DNA of 64,000 nucleotides. Source: Acidimicrobiia bacterium. GTDB taxonomy: Bacteria > Actinomycetota > Acidimicrobiia > IMCC26256 > JAGNEX01. Every line of letters begins with the position of its first letter. The first letter of the stretch is position 1. The stretch lies in contig JACJWE010000001.1 of the NCBI GenBank assembly GCA_020637365.1, positions 137,208 to 201,207 of the forward strand, read 5' to 3'. Under the pieces are notes generated by a model. The model was not told where the DNA came from and made no database searches. It saw nothing but the letters and a program-made list of their open reading frames with translations. Of the stretch, positions 49,814 through 59,698 are shown piece after piece. Both the position numbers and the translations under genes were made by a program.

Positions 49814-50868
49814 GTCGACGTCTCATGCCGGGTGACCGGGTGGGGCGCAGTGGAGTTGTCTGGGGAAGGAGCGCTGGAGGTCAAACCCAGGTTCGTCGCG
49901 GTGAAGATCTTGGTGACCGATTCGCCAAGGGCCGCGGCTGTGGCACCGTCGACCAGCCGGTCGCAGGCGGCCACATCGACCAGTGTTTCCACCACCCCGG
50001 GCTCGACGGGTTCCCATATGGCGCCGACCTTGTCGAGCACAGCGCGCATCGCCGCGTTATCGGTCAATACCTCAGCTCTGAGGCGCGTGATGCCAGCGGT
50101 CCGCGCTGCGACGGCCAATGCGCCCAGCATCGCTGTGCCAAGTCCGCGTCCGTGCAGCTCGTCGGCGACGGCGAACGCGACTTCGGCGATCGTGCGGTCC
50201 GAACGTTCGCGGTTGTAACGGGCTACCGCGACGCCTTGACCGGAATCGGGTGACATCACCGCCCAAGCGAAATGGTCGATGTAGTCGAGTGCCAGCAGGC
50301 GGTCGACGATCCTGTCGCTGGGCTGGCCTCCTGTAAAGAAGCGCCTATACAGCGACCTGTTCGAGAGAGCTTTCAAACCGGCGACAAAAGCGTCGCGGTC
50401 TCGGGGAACGAGGGGGCGGAACGCAAAGGCCGAGTCGCGGGTGGCGACCAGCACCGGTTCGGTGTCCTCGGCGAGGCGGGTGGTGATCAACAACTGCATC
50501 CGGTCCAGGACCCCAGGTGTTTCGATCAGGGCGACAAGTTGTGTGCGGTCGCCGAGCAGCACCTCGCCAGGCTGTCGACAGATGACGGTCGCGACCCGTG
50601 GTCGTTGTCGCAGGACGCCCATCTCGCCGAGAATCGAACCCGGTCCCACCAACGCCCATGATCGCTGGACGGCATCATCGGTCCGGACGATCTCAAACTG
50701 ACCGCCGTTGACCAGGGCAAACGTCGTCGCGCCGTCACCCTGGGTAAACAGCACTTCTTCCTCTGCGTACTTCCGTTGCTCTAACGATGCGACGATGCTG
50801 CACAGCTGTTCTTCGTCGCCCTCGCTGAGGACATCAAATCGACTGGGGTCACGACTCATGACAGACAT
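49810..50868 (-). CDS. cNMP-binding-domain/GNAT fusion, a protein lysine acetyltransferase of the mycobacterial Pat (Rv0998) type
   Basis: N-terminal cyclic-nucleotide-binding fold ('FTQGDGATTFALV...GEMGVLRQRPRVATV') and a C-terminal GNAT ('LHGRGLGTAML'). The stop overlaps the mutY start by 4 bp. Confidence 0.8.
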   Translation of the reverse strand: MSVMSRDPSRFDVLSEGDEEQLCSIVASLEQRKYAEEEVLFTQGDGATTFALVNGGQFEIVRTDDAVQRSWALVGPGSILGEMGVLRQRPRVATVICRQPGEVLLGDRTQLVALIETPGVLDRMQLLITTRLAEDTEPVLVATRDSAFAFRPLVPRDRDAFVAGLKALSNRSLYRRFFTGGQPSDRIVDRLLALDYIDHFAWAVMSPDSGQGVAVARYNRERSDRTIAEVAFAVADELHGRGLGTAMLGALAVAARTAGITRLRAEVLTDNAAMRAVLDKVGAIWEPVEPGVVETLVDVAACDRLVDGATAAALGESVTKIFTATNLGLTSSAPSPDNSTAPHPVTRHETST

Positions 50869-51387
50869 TGTGGCAAGACGCTACAGCCTGCCGCCCGGCG
50901 CCAGCCCTGGAGATGCCCGAATGCCGGCTGCGTCGTGGCACCGGCAACGTCTGCAGGCACAGCGACCGCAGGCAAGCTGAAAGGCCGCCGCCGTCATTTC
51001 GGGGGTTGGCGGCGGCGGCCCTTCAAATCGGTGGTCAGGTCGACCACCGTTCCGAGATCACCTCGTGTCGGGGGGTGGTGAGGTCATCCTCGGGAGCTTG
51101 CGCTCGCAGCTCTTGTGGTGGGGAAGCGCTGTGGTGGGGGTGGGCACCTGGCGTGGCGCCCGGGGTGGGCGCCGTGCCGTCCGGCCCACGGTACGGGTAC
51201 TGCGCTACGGGGACGTGACTGCATCGTTACATCCCCAGGCCGCGACCGTCTTTGGTAACAGCGTTCGCTTTCCAAGCGCTTTCCAAACCCGTTCACGGGG
51301 CTGTTTTCGAGGTCGGTGCACCGTACCTTGACGACAGCACTACTCAACACCGCTCAACAGAACTCAGAACGAGGCAAAGGGGATCAG

Positions 51388-52911
51388 ATGCCTACCAACG
51401 CAATGGGTTCGTCGACGGAGTCGATGAAGGTTGCCGACCTCCAGGCTGGCGACATCGTCTTCTTTCGGACCACGGCGAACAGCTTCATGGACTTCGACGC
51501 GAAAGATTTTGACCGCTTCCCGGTGCTCGCTGGATTTTCCCAGTCACTGCCGTACGCTCTGGCGAGTCCATCAAATGCCTACTCATCAGACGTCGAAATA
51601 TTCAAGCCGTGGCATCACGTCGCCGTCTGCGTACAAGCGGTCGAGTCCGGCGGAACCGCTGCCAAGGTCGTCGACTTCGGTCAGAACATCTACGAGCCGA
51701 TCCCGACCAATTCGCGCGCAGACCTCGTCGGAAAGTTTCCGCTCGGAGAGCGCGACCTTGTCGACGTCGCCGATCAGCGAATCGACGTGCTGCGCTCCCC
51801 GGATGAAGCTCTGCGCGACAAGGTGGTCGCGGGAGCCCAGAAGTGGGCAACCGATGGCACCCACTACGAGCTCGCGGGGCTTGGCCCCTTCGCTCTTGCG
51901 ACACGCGGTCGTTGGGAGCCTGCCGGACCGTACCGAGAAGATCTGCTGAATCTTGCCTACGGGGCCAATGTCGTCGTTGCGAAGGAGACCGACTCGCGGG
52001 GACGTGAGAGCTGTACCACATGGGTTGCTCAACTCATCAGGGACGCACTCGGTGGGCGAGGCCGCGGGACGACCAACCTCCCACTCAAGTTCGCCGAACC
52101 GCCTGCACCGCCGCTCAGCGAGATGTTGAGCGCCTTCGCAGATCAGAATTCGATCGTCAACAAGGCGATCTTGGCGCTGACCCGCCACTCGACCGTGATG
52201 GGGGAGGGCCTCGCCCGAGGCGCCCTCAAGGACTTGGACGCTGCACAGGTCGCCCAGCGGTTGCCGCTACTGAGGGACCACATCGCAGCATTCGACCTGA
52301 CCGGCCCGATCAACGTCGATGCAATGCTCGCGGCCGCCAAACTAGAGCACCGGCGGGCGTTGCAACACTCGTTGGCCGGCACCGCTTGGGGACAGTCATC
52401 GGTCACCATCAACGGTTGGGCCACCAGCAGCGCCGCGACTCCGTCAGCCTTGGGTCTCGGACGGGACCTCGTGACCGCTCCGGTCAGTGTGCGAAGCGAT
52501 GTCCCTACCGGGCTGCCCGCCGAATGGGCCACGGGGGTCTCTGGCCGGTGGGGTGATCAGGGCGGCTCTGGGCCCATCGGTGGCCGTGGAACCCAAGGTG
52601 GGTGGGTACCGCGCGTGTGGCCACCTGAGGAGCCGATCGATGTGGTTCTTCCTCCCGACGATTCGCCGCTCGCGGTTCCCGGTCCTGACGGTATCGACAC
52701 GACGGCGCAGTACATCGCGATACTCGAACTGGCGACCGAGCTCGTCTTCAACGACAAGACGCCAGCGCAGTCGGTTGCACATCTGGGAGCCGCCGATCGT
52801 GCTCGTCCCAATAGCCCGGGCCCCGAGCATCTGGTGCTCTCTCCAGCGATGTTGTGGGATGCCCTTATCCAAGCGCCATTCGTACGGGTGATTCCCTCTA
52901 CACAGAAATGA
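51388..52911 (+). CDS. Hypothetical cytoplasmic protein with an N-terminal permuted papain-like (YiiX/C92, NlpC/P60-superfamily) domain
   Basis: 'LQAGDIVFFRT', 'WHHVAVCV', then 'ESCTTWVAQL' (His before Cys, the permuted order). No signal peptide. The C-terminal half of about 270 aa is uncharacterised. RBS aaagggga. Confidence 0.45.
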   Translation: MPTNAMGSSTESMKVADLQAGDIVFFRTTANSFMDFDAKDFDRFPVLAGFSQSLPYALASPSNAYSSDVEIFKPWHHVAVCVQAVESGGTAAKVVDFGQNIYEPIPTNSRADLVGKFPLGERDLVDVADQRIDVLRSPDEALRDKVVAGAQKWATDGTHYELAGLGPFALATRGRWEPAGPYREDLLNLAYGANVVVAKETDSRGRESCTTWVAQLIRDALGGRGRGTTNLPLKFAEPPAPPLSEMLSAFADQNSIVNKAILALTRHSTVMGEGLARGALKDLDAAQVAQRLPLLRDHIAAFDLTGPINVDAMLAAAKLEHRRALQHSLAGTAWGQSSVTINGWATSSAATPSALGLGRDLVTAPVSVRSDVPTGLPAEWATGVSGRWGDQGGSGPIGGRGTQGGWVPRVWPPEEPIDVVLPPDDSPLAVPGPDGIDTTAQYIAILELATELVFNDKTPAQSVAHLGAADRARPNSPGPEHLVLSPAMLWDALIQAPFVRVIPSTQK

Positions 52912-52921
52912 GATGTGAATC

Positions 52922-53617
52922 ATGAGCGAGCAGATTGAAATCCGACTACTCGGCCAATTTGAGCTGTTGGTCGGCGGCGCCTCGACACGAGTACCGCGTT
53001 CCTCGCAACGGCTCTTGGCTTTCTTGGCGCTCTCGCCCCGACGCTCGGCTCTACGTGAGCGCTTGACAAGAGTTTTTTGGCCTGACTCAACCCGGGATCG
53101 AGCTTACGGTGCTCTCCGAACCACCGTCTGTCGAACCAAGGCAATCGGTGCAACGCTCCTGGTCGCCGAACGCGATCGTCTGGTACTTGGCCGGGGGGTG
53201 GTCACCGACCTCGACCGTCCTTGGGCGGTCAGCCCGGCCAATATTGAGCAGTTGCGGCGATTGGGGCTACCGCGCCTTCTTCCAGCTTGGGCTGAAGATT
53301 GGGTAGATAACGCTAGAGACCGTCGCTGGCAGTGCACCAAGCGCGATGCGAGCGAAAGTCTCCGGTCGCTTGCTAGCGACGGCCACTTGGATCAGGCGGC
53401 TCGTTTGTCGCTGCATTTGCTGGCCGAAGATCCGCTCTCTGAGCCGTTGTGCCTGCTTGCGATCGAATTGAACTCCCGGGCGGGGAACCGTGCGATTGCG
53501 GCGCAGATCTTTGACCGGTACGAACGATCCCTGTGGGAGGAGTACGGGCTGCGCCCATCAGAACGGCTGGTCAGCGCTGCTGCGGCAGAGGGTTCATACG
53601 CGTGTGTCGCGTCATGA
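52922..53617 (+). CDS. SARP-family transcriptional regulator (wHTH plus BTAD)
   Basis: 'IEIRLLGQFELLVGG...RLLAFLAL...' OmpR-type winged helix followed by a BTAD-like helical domain. It starts 11 bp after the upstream stop. Confidence 0.8.
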   Translation: MSEQIEIRLLGQFELLVGGASTRVPRSSQRLLAFLALSPRRSALRERLTRVFWPDSTRDRAYGALRTTVCRTKAIGATLLVAERDRLVLGRGVVTDLDRPWAVSPANIEQLRRLGLPRLLPAWAEDWVDNARDRRWQCTKRDASESLRSLASDGHLDQAARLSLHLLAEDPLSEPLCLLAIELNSRAGNRAIAAQIFDRYERSLWEEYGLRPSERLVSAAAAEGSYACVAS

Positions 53618-53703
53618 AGGTTTGCCGAGCCCCGGTTGTGTCGACCGCTTTTGTGACCTCGCAATCGAAGAGTCGGATCCTGTCCGTCCTGTCCGTGCGT
53701 GCG

Positions 53704-56156
53704 TCACCGTCCCGAAGTCCCAGGTGTGCCTTTGGTCATGAGACGTTGGAAATGGCTGACCGGGCCAATCGGTCCACCGCCGTAACCGAGAAAGATTTCG
53801 CGGGCCCGCCAAGTGTTCAGAAAGTCGATGCACTCATCGACTTCATTGACCAACGAGAGTCGCACGGCGAGGTCGCAAAGTAACGCTGCGCATGCAGGAC
53901 GGAAGAAGTCGGCACTGCTCTGCCATCGATTCCGAGACGACCAAAAACTTTGACGAGCGTTGTCGACGTCACCAGCCTCGAAGTGGGCGATGCCGAACAG
54001 CGCGTCCCAGACAGGGAAACGAAATCTGCTGCCAACTGTTCCGAGGACGGTGGCAAAGGGGCCGAGTCCTCCGAGACGATAGGCACGGGTGAGGTGATGG
54101 ACCTGGTGCGTAGCTTGGGCGTCGCGGATCCCAAGTTGCCTACCGATCGCCAGGGCCTTGGCGACGAGCCGGTCCGCGTCGACCAGACGCCGCTCGTTCT
54201 CAGCCAAGGCCGCCGAAAACGTGATCGCTTGCCAACGGCTGCGTGAATCTCCTAACGACCGACCAACGTTGTCGAGCTCGTCGATCCACTCCGTTGCGTG
54301 TCGAAAGTCTCCTTGCGTGAGCGCTATCTGGATGCTGACAGCAAGCCCGGGCCCTGCGTTCAGTCGATCGCCCCGAAGCGCTGCGGCCAAACACAATTCA
54401 GCGAGCTCTATGGCCTCATCGATGCCGGCACCGACGTAGAGCTGACGCACCGCTGACACGATGCGCATGGCGAGTACCCTGCCCGGCGAAGTGGTTGAAC
54501 GCGATATCTGCGCGACCCGGTCGCGTAGTTCCTCACCCAACGCCCGTCCGCGTTCAACAGTTCAAGCGCGTATTCCGCCGCAACGAGGTCTGCCATGGCA
54601 TGCGTGGCGGGCAGTCGACGGTACGCGACCCCGAGGCGGGAACGTCGTCGACTTTGACCGCCCACCTGCCCCGAACGTCCAGAACCACCCAATGCACACA
54701 GCGCGAGCGTTTCGAGCTCGCCCGTCGTCGCCCGGTCAAAGATCTCGTCATAGAGCGCGTCGGCCTCTTCGTGGCGTGCCGCGGCTTCGAGCGAATCGGC
54801 ACGTTTGACCAGCCATCGATCACGTTCGGGGCCGGATTCGACGAAGCCGCTGATGGATCCAAACAGGTCAGCGGCACAACCGAAATCACGGTCCTTGACC
54901 GCCTGGTGAGCACCGGTTTCGCAGAGGTCGCGCGCTCGTTGGTGTCCTCCGAGCGGCAACGCGTGAACTGCGTGGGTCGCAGCGGCGGTAGCCCGCCCCT
55001 GTTCGGCGAGGACCTGGCTTGCGGTCAAATGAAACTGGCGGGCACGACTCGCTGGGACGGCCCGTCGAGCCGAGTCTCCCTGTTGTCCGTTACGGAAACA
55101 CCAGGTGTACTGGGGTTTGGTGAGTTGGATAACTCCAGCGTCTTCGAGCTCCAACAAGGTATGGGTCAGCTCCTCTGGGTCCTCCCCTAAGACCTGAGCG
55201 AGTAGCGCCGTCTTGGCCCATTCGCCCAGGATTGCGACAGCGAACAGTGTCAACGAAACGTTTTCGTCGGGCATGTGCACCCGATCGACCACAGGCGCTG
55301 ATGTCGTCCTGGGCTCTACAGCATCTGGCGGGTTGACCTGTCGGCCCACCACCTGATCCTGAATGCGGTGCTCCGAACCGAGATCGAGCGGTGCCGGATC
55401 GATTCCCAGAAGCTGACGTTCGGCGCTGAGGAAATCCTCAGAGGGTTCCCTGTCCGCCGCTTCCTTCCGGCCCCGATGCTGAATACAGGCCCGCATGGCT
55501 TCTTCTGGATCTCCGAGTCGTCCGTAGCCACGAACGACCGCAGCGGCTATCCGGTCGCTCAGCGCCGCTGCTAACGCCCGCTCCAACAGCCGTCCGCAGC
55601 TTGCGCGGCGTCCCAAAGCGAGGAGCGCATCAAGTTCGCCCAACAAGTCCACAGCGATCGCTGCGTCACACTCGTTCTGGTGAAAGGACACCAATCGCGA
55701 CGCTGGTAGAGGGCGAGCACCGCAAATTCATGAATGTTGCGTGCCGTTGTGAAGCCCTCGGCAGCGGCCTCCGGGCTGCCGGCTTCGCTATGTGCCCACG
55801 CTTCGCGGCGGATCGATTGCCAACAGGGAGAAATCCGTGTCGCAAAGATCGTTCGCCAACCGGTAGCGGCTTCCGTCGACGGAAGTCACCAGAGCGTCGC
55901 TTCCGCCGTCGCCGTCGGAGAAGGGTGAACCGAGGAACGGACCCGGGATATAGCGACCTGCGCAGCGGGCGCGCGCGCCCTTGGGCGGCTGTATCGGCCA
56001 CAGGTCATCGATCAGGTCGTCCAGGCTGATGCCGGTTGGTCCTGCGAGTCCGAGCACCGCCAGCACATGGCGGACCTGCCGTCGTCTGACAGGAACCTCG
56101 GAGCCGTTCTGACACAGCTCGATCGAACCGAAGAGTCGCAACTGAAGCATCGTCAT
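53704..56156 (-). pseudogene. Large SARP-family regulator (wHTH plus BTAD plus TPR-like C-terminal region), multiply frameshifted
   Basis: 'LQLRLFGSIELCQNGSEVPV...LAVLGLAG' wHTH. The BTAD and helical-repeat parts are spread over ORFs 55788-56156, 54408-55694 and 53704-54540, plus short segments in other frames. No Walker A motif was seen. Confidence 0.65.
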
Positions 56157-56562
56157 CGGCAGCAGCGTCTGATCGGCGGGTGTCGCTGGGGATATTCATT
56201 GATGGGGTCAGTTTCGTTGGATCGACAAATGTTGTACATGCACCCGGTGGAGTCTGGAGCCTATTGGGTGAATATCCAACGCATCAACGGAGACGCTCTA
56301 TTGCGTGATCTTGGCGTGATGCGAGCGAGCTCGTTGCGGAACCACTACATTCGGCGGTCCCTCGGCCGATGGACTTGCCGGGGTTGCTCACGATTGGCTC
56401 TGCCTCTATGTCAGGGGCTGGGATCTGACAAAGGGGGATCGAGCGTTGGAAAGTCTGGGATGCTCTCTCTCGCTTGTTGTCGCCTTCTCTTTTGGCGTGC
56501 GAGGTAGCGAGACGGCTAACGCTTGCTGGCGCGTGCGCATCGCAGCGGAAGCTGCCTAACCG

Positions 56563-57732
56563 GTGTTTGTCGCTTCGCGAGATATGCGTCGTCAGGCCGG
56601 GCGCTTTGTTCTGCTCACCGGTGCCATTGCCCTGCTGGTCTTGTTACTTGGCTTCTTTCAGACGGTGTCGTCTGCATTGACGTCTGGAATCACCGGCGGG
56701 CTGCTCAACAACCAAGCGGATCTGCTGGTCTATAGCGACAAGGCTCGTTTGAACCCGGCTGCGAGCGTGTTAGCCCCCGATGCTGCGAGCCGAGTGAGCG
56801 ATGTCGATGGGGTTGAGCGTGCCGCTGGTGTCGGCCGGGGACAGTTCGCCGACCAGTCTGCCGACGGTGATGTCACCGTCATTGGGTTGGACGACCTCGC
56901 CTTCGGTGGCCCAGCAAAAGTCGCCACGGGCAGACGGGCGACAAAACCAGGTGAGGCGCTAGCCAGCTCACCTGATCTGAGCTCATCGGATGTGAGCTAT
57001 GCGGTTGGAGACACACTCACCCTCGAAGGTGTGGATCTGGTCGTGGTGGGCACCAGCGACGGAGCCGCCTTCGACGTTGGCCCGACGATGTATGTGTCGT
57101 TCGAGGACCTCCAGACAATGAAGTCCAATGACGCCGGAGTACAGGTGCCAGCGTTATTTTCATGGGTCGCTGTGGAGCTCGCAGACGGAGTGGATAGCGA
57201 TACCGTCGTTGCTCAGATCGACGATCTCGGCGTACCAGCCTCGAGCGATACCACGACAGCTGCACCGGCGTCTGCATCGCTTGCGAGTACCGGTTTTGAG
57301 GCCGTGGACCGCTCGGCCGCAGCGGACGCCCTCCCCGGCGTCGACCAGATCACCCAATCGTTCAACATTCTCTACCTCCTCTTGTTCATCGTCGTCACGA
57401 TTGTGACCGGGGTGTTCTTCCTCATTTTGACCGTACAGAAGCGCGACAGCTTGGTGCTGATGCGTGCCTTGGGGGCCTCTCGGGCCGACGTCATCAAACC
57501 AATCTTGATCGAGGTCGTCCTCGTCGTCCTGGTCGGCAGCGTTCTTGGAACCGCCGTCGCTGCTGGGCTTTTGGAGATCGCGAAAGATTCCTTCGGCACG
57601 CTTGACCCGATCACCGCAGCGTTGAGCGTCGTCCTGATCTTGCTGCTGGGCATCGTCTCGTCGTTCGCGTCGGTCCGACGGGTGCTCCAAGTCGACCCGG
57701 TTGAGGCTGCCCGCAGGCGAGGTGCGTCATGA
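56563..57732 (+). CDS. ABC transporter permease, MacB/FtsX type
   Basis: TM1, a large extracytoplasmic domain, and a C-terminal FtsX 3-TM bundle. An alternative start is at 56584. Confidence 0.85.
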   Translation: MFVASRDMRRQAGRFVLLTGAIALLVLLLGFFQTVSSALTSGITGGLLNNQADLLVYSDKARLNPAASVLAPDAASRVSDVDGVERAAGVGRGQFADQSADGDVTVIGLDDLAFGGPAKVATGRRATKPGEALASSPDLSSSDVSYAVGDTLTLEGVDLVVVGTSDGAAFDVGPTMYVSFEDLQTMKSNDAGVQVPALFSWVAVELADGVDSDTVVAQIDDLGVPASSDTTTAAPASASLASTGFEAVDRSAAADALPGVDQITQSFNILYLLLFIVVTIVTGVFFLILTVQKRDSLVLMRALGASRADVIKPILIEVVLVVLVGSVLGTAVAAGLLEIAKDSFGTLDPITAALSVVLILLLGIVSSFASVRRVLQVDPVEAARRRGAS

Positions 57733-58856
57733 GTATTGCTCTCAAAGAGCTGTGGCGTCAGCCGCAGCGGTTTCTGCCGGTCTGGGTCGCGCTGACGCTG
57801 TTGGTTGTTCTGCTCGTGATCTTGGCCGGGTTTCTCGACGGGCTGAGCAGGTCGCAGACGGGTCCGTATCGGGCATATGACGGCGACGTTTTCGTCTTGA
57901 GCGATGACGCAAATCTCCAGGTCCAGCGCTCACGGGTATCCGCTGACGCCCTGACCGATCAAGGCTTAGATGACGTTGCAGATGTCGGGTTCTTGGACGC
58001 CGCATTCACCGTCGCTGCAGTCGAGGGAACCGCTACTGGCAATACCAGCAGCGACAACAGCGACGACGGGACCAACCTCCAAGACGTCGCCCTCTACGGC
58101 TACAGCATGTCCAGTTCAGTCCTGCCTCACGCTCCGGATGCAGGTGAAGTCGTCGTCGATAAACAGTTGACACGCCAGATCGACGTTGAGGTCGGTGACC
58201 GACTGGTTCTCGGGCCGTCTGCGGAGCCGATGACCGTGGCAGCCATCGTCGACGACCTCTCCGCCGGAGCGCCCACATTGTGGGTCAATGGAGATGAATG
58301 GCGTCGCCTTGTTGGCACGATCAACCCCGCTTTGCTGCCGCCCTCTGGACAACATCTCGCGTTGATCGCTCAGCCGGGCGCTGATATCAAGGCTTCGACC
58401 GTGGTCGAACAGGTCGATCAGATCGACGGACTCGAAGCCGCCGACGTGGCTGACATGATCGGTGCCCTGTCGGTGGTCCAGCAACAAAACGCAACCTTCA
58501 CAGCGATCATCGGCGTTACCTTTGTGGTCAGTTTGCTGGTGGTGGCGTTGTTCTTTGCCCTCATCACCCTGGAACAAACGCGCTTGTATGCCGTCTTCAA
58601 GGCTCTTGGCGCGACGACCCGCGAGCTGCTGACCGGCATTTCTGTTCAGGCGGTCGTGCTGACGCTTATCGCCTTGGCGGTAGGCATGGCCATCAGCGCC
58701 GTTCTGGTCGCCGCGCTGCCACCAACCCTGCCCGTCCGGGTCTTGCCGACGCGCCTGTTGGAGGTCGCCGTGGGGCTGTTGGTCACGTCGGTGATCGGCG
58801 GCTTGTTGACGGCCCGTCGTCTGCTTCGTATCGACCCTGCATCATCGATTGGTTGA
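57729..58856 (+). CDS. ABC transporter permease, MacB/FtsX type (second paralogue)
   Basis: Same topology as the upstream gene. Its start overlaps the upstream stop by 4 bp. Confidence 0.85.
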   Translation: MSIALKELWRQPQRFLPVWVALTLLVVLLVILAGFLDGLSRSQTGPYRAYDGDVFVLSDDANLQVQRSRVSADALTDQGLDDVADVGFLDAAFTVAAVEGTATGNTSSDNSDDGTNLQDVALYGYSMSSSVLPHAPDAGEVVVDKQLTRQIDVEVGDRLVLGPSAEPMTVAAIVDDLSAGAPTLWVNGDEWRRLVGTINPALLPPSGQHLALIAQPGADIKASTVVEQVDQIDGLEAADVADMIGALSVVQQQNATFTAIIGVTFVVSLLVVALFFALITLEQTRLYAVFKALGATTRELLTGISVQAVVLTLIALAVGMAISAVLVAALPPTLPVRVLPTRLLEVAVGLLVTSVIGGLLTARRLLRIDPASSIG

Positions 58857-59572
58857 CCATGTCAGCACTTGACTTGAAAGATGTCCGGAAGGTTTATGGC
58901 GACGGCGATCAAAAGGTCGTCGCACTCGACAACGTCTCGTTGTCCGTGGCCGACAACGAGATGCTGTTCATCATGGGGCCTTCTGGCTCAGGAAAAACGA
59001 CGTTGTTGACGGTGGCCGGCGGACTGCTCCAAGCCACCTCCGGTTCAGTCGTCGTTGGCGGAACCGATATCTCGGGATTTGACGGACGAGAGCTTGCGGC
59101 GTTTCGCCGAGATCGCATCGGGTTTGTGTTTCAAGCGGTGAATCTGGTGCCGTTTCTGACCGCTCGGGAAAATCTCTTGCTGGTACGTCAGTTCGGCGGG
59201 GGAAAGATCGATACCGACGCGCGCGACCGAGCGGATTCACTACTCACCGATCTCGGTCTTGCCGATAGAGCGGGGAATCTGCCCTCCCAACTGTCCGGAG
59301 GCCAACAGCAACGGGTTGCGATCGGACGTGCCCTCATGAACGAGCCGCCTTTGGTGCTGGTCGACGAACCCACATCGTCGCTCGACAGCGAACTTGGTCA
59401 GCAGGTCATGGAACTGCTGACCAAGGAGATCAAGTCTCGGGGTCTGGCAGCGGTCGTGGTCACACACGACGATCGAATCCTCGATTTCGCCGACCGGATC
59501 GTTCAGATCGTGGACGGCAAACTCACGTCTGACTCCTCGGACAACTCCTCAGCGAGCCCGTCTGGTCGGTAG
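58853..59572 (+). CDS. ABC transporter ATP-binding protein (MacB/LolD-like)
   Basis: Walker A '[11 protein letters not shown]', signature '[15 protein letters not shown]' and Walker B 'LVLVDEPT'. Its start overlaps the upstream stop by 4 bp. Confidence 0.93.
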   Translation: MTMSALDLKDVRKVYGDGDQKVVALDNVSLSVADNEMLFIMGPSGSGKTTLLTVAGGLLQATSGSVVVGGTDISGFDGRELAAFRRDRIGFVFQAVNLVPFLTARENLLLVRQFGGGKIDTDARDRADSLLTDLGLADRAGNLPSQLSGGQQQRVAIGRALMNEPPLVLVDEPTSSLDSELGQQVMELLTKEIKSRGLAAVVVTHDDRILDFADRIVQIVDGKLTSDSSDNSSASPSGR

Positions 59573-59698
59573 CCCCACCGACTTCCTCCTCAACCGGTCG
59601 GGGACATCGGAGCGAATGTCCGATGCCCCCGATGTGAGGTGTGTACTTCGCTCGACCGCTCAGTCGGCTGAGCGCTCAGCGTGTGTTGGCACCGAGTG

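Noticed and set aside
50868-51350. Small protein genes in the 520-bp gap (ORFs 50868-51218, 51065-51331 and 51084-51350)
   Set aside because: Their Gly/Arg/Trp-rich translations are driven by the G-runs. They have no RBS and no sensible start context. The region is treated as non-coding.
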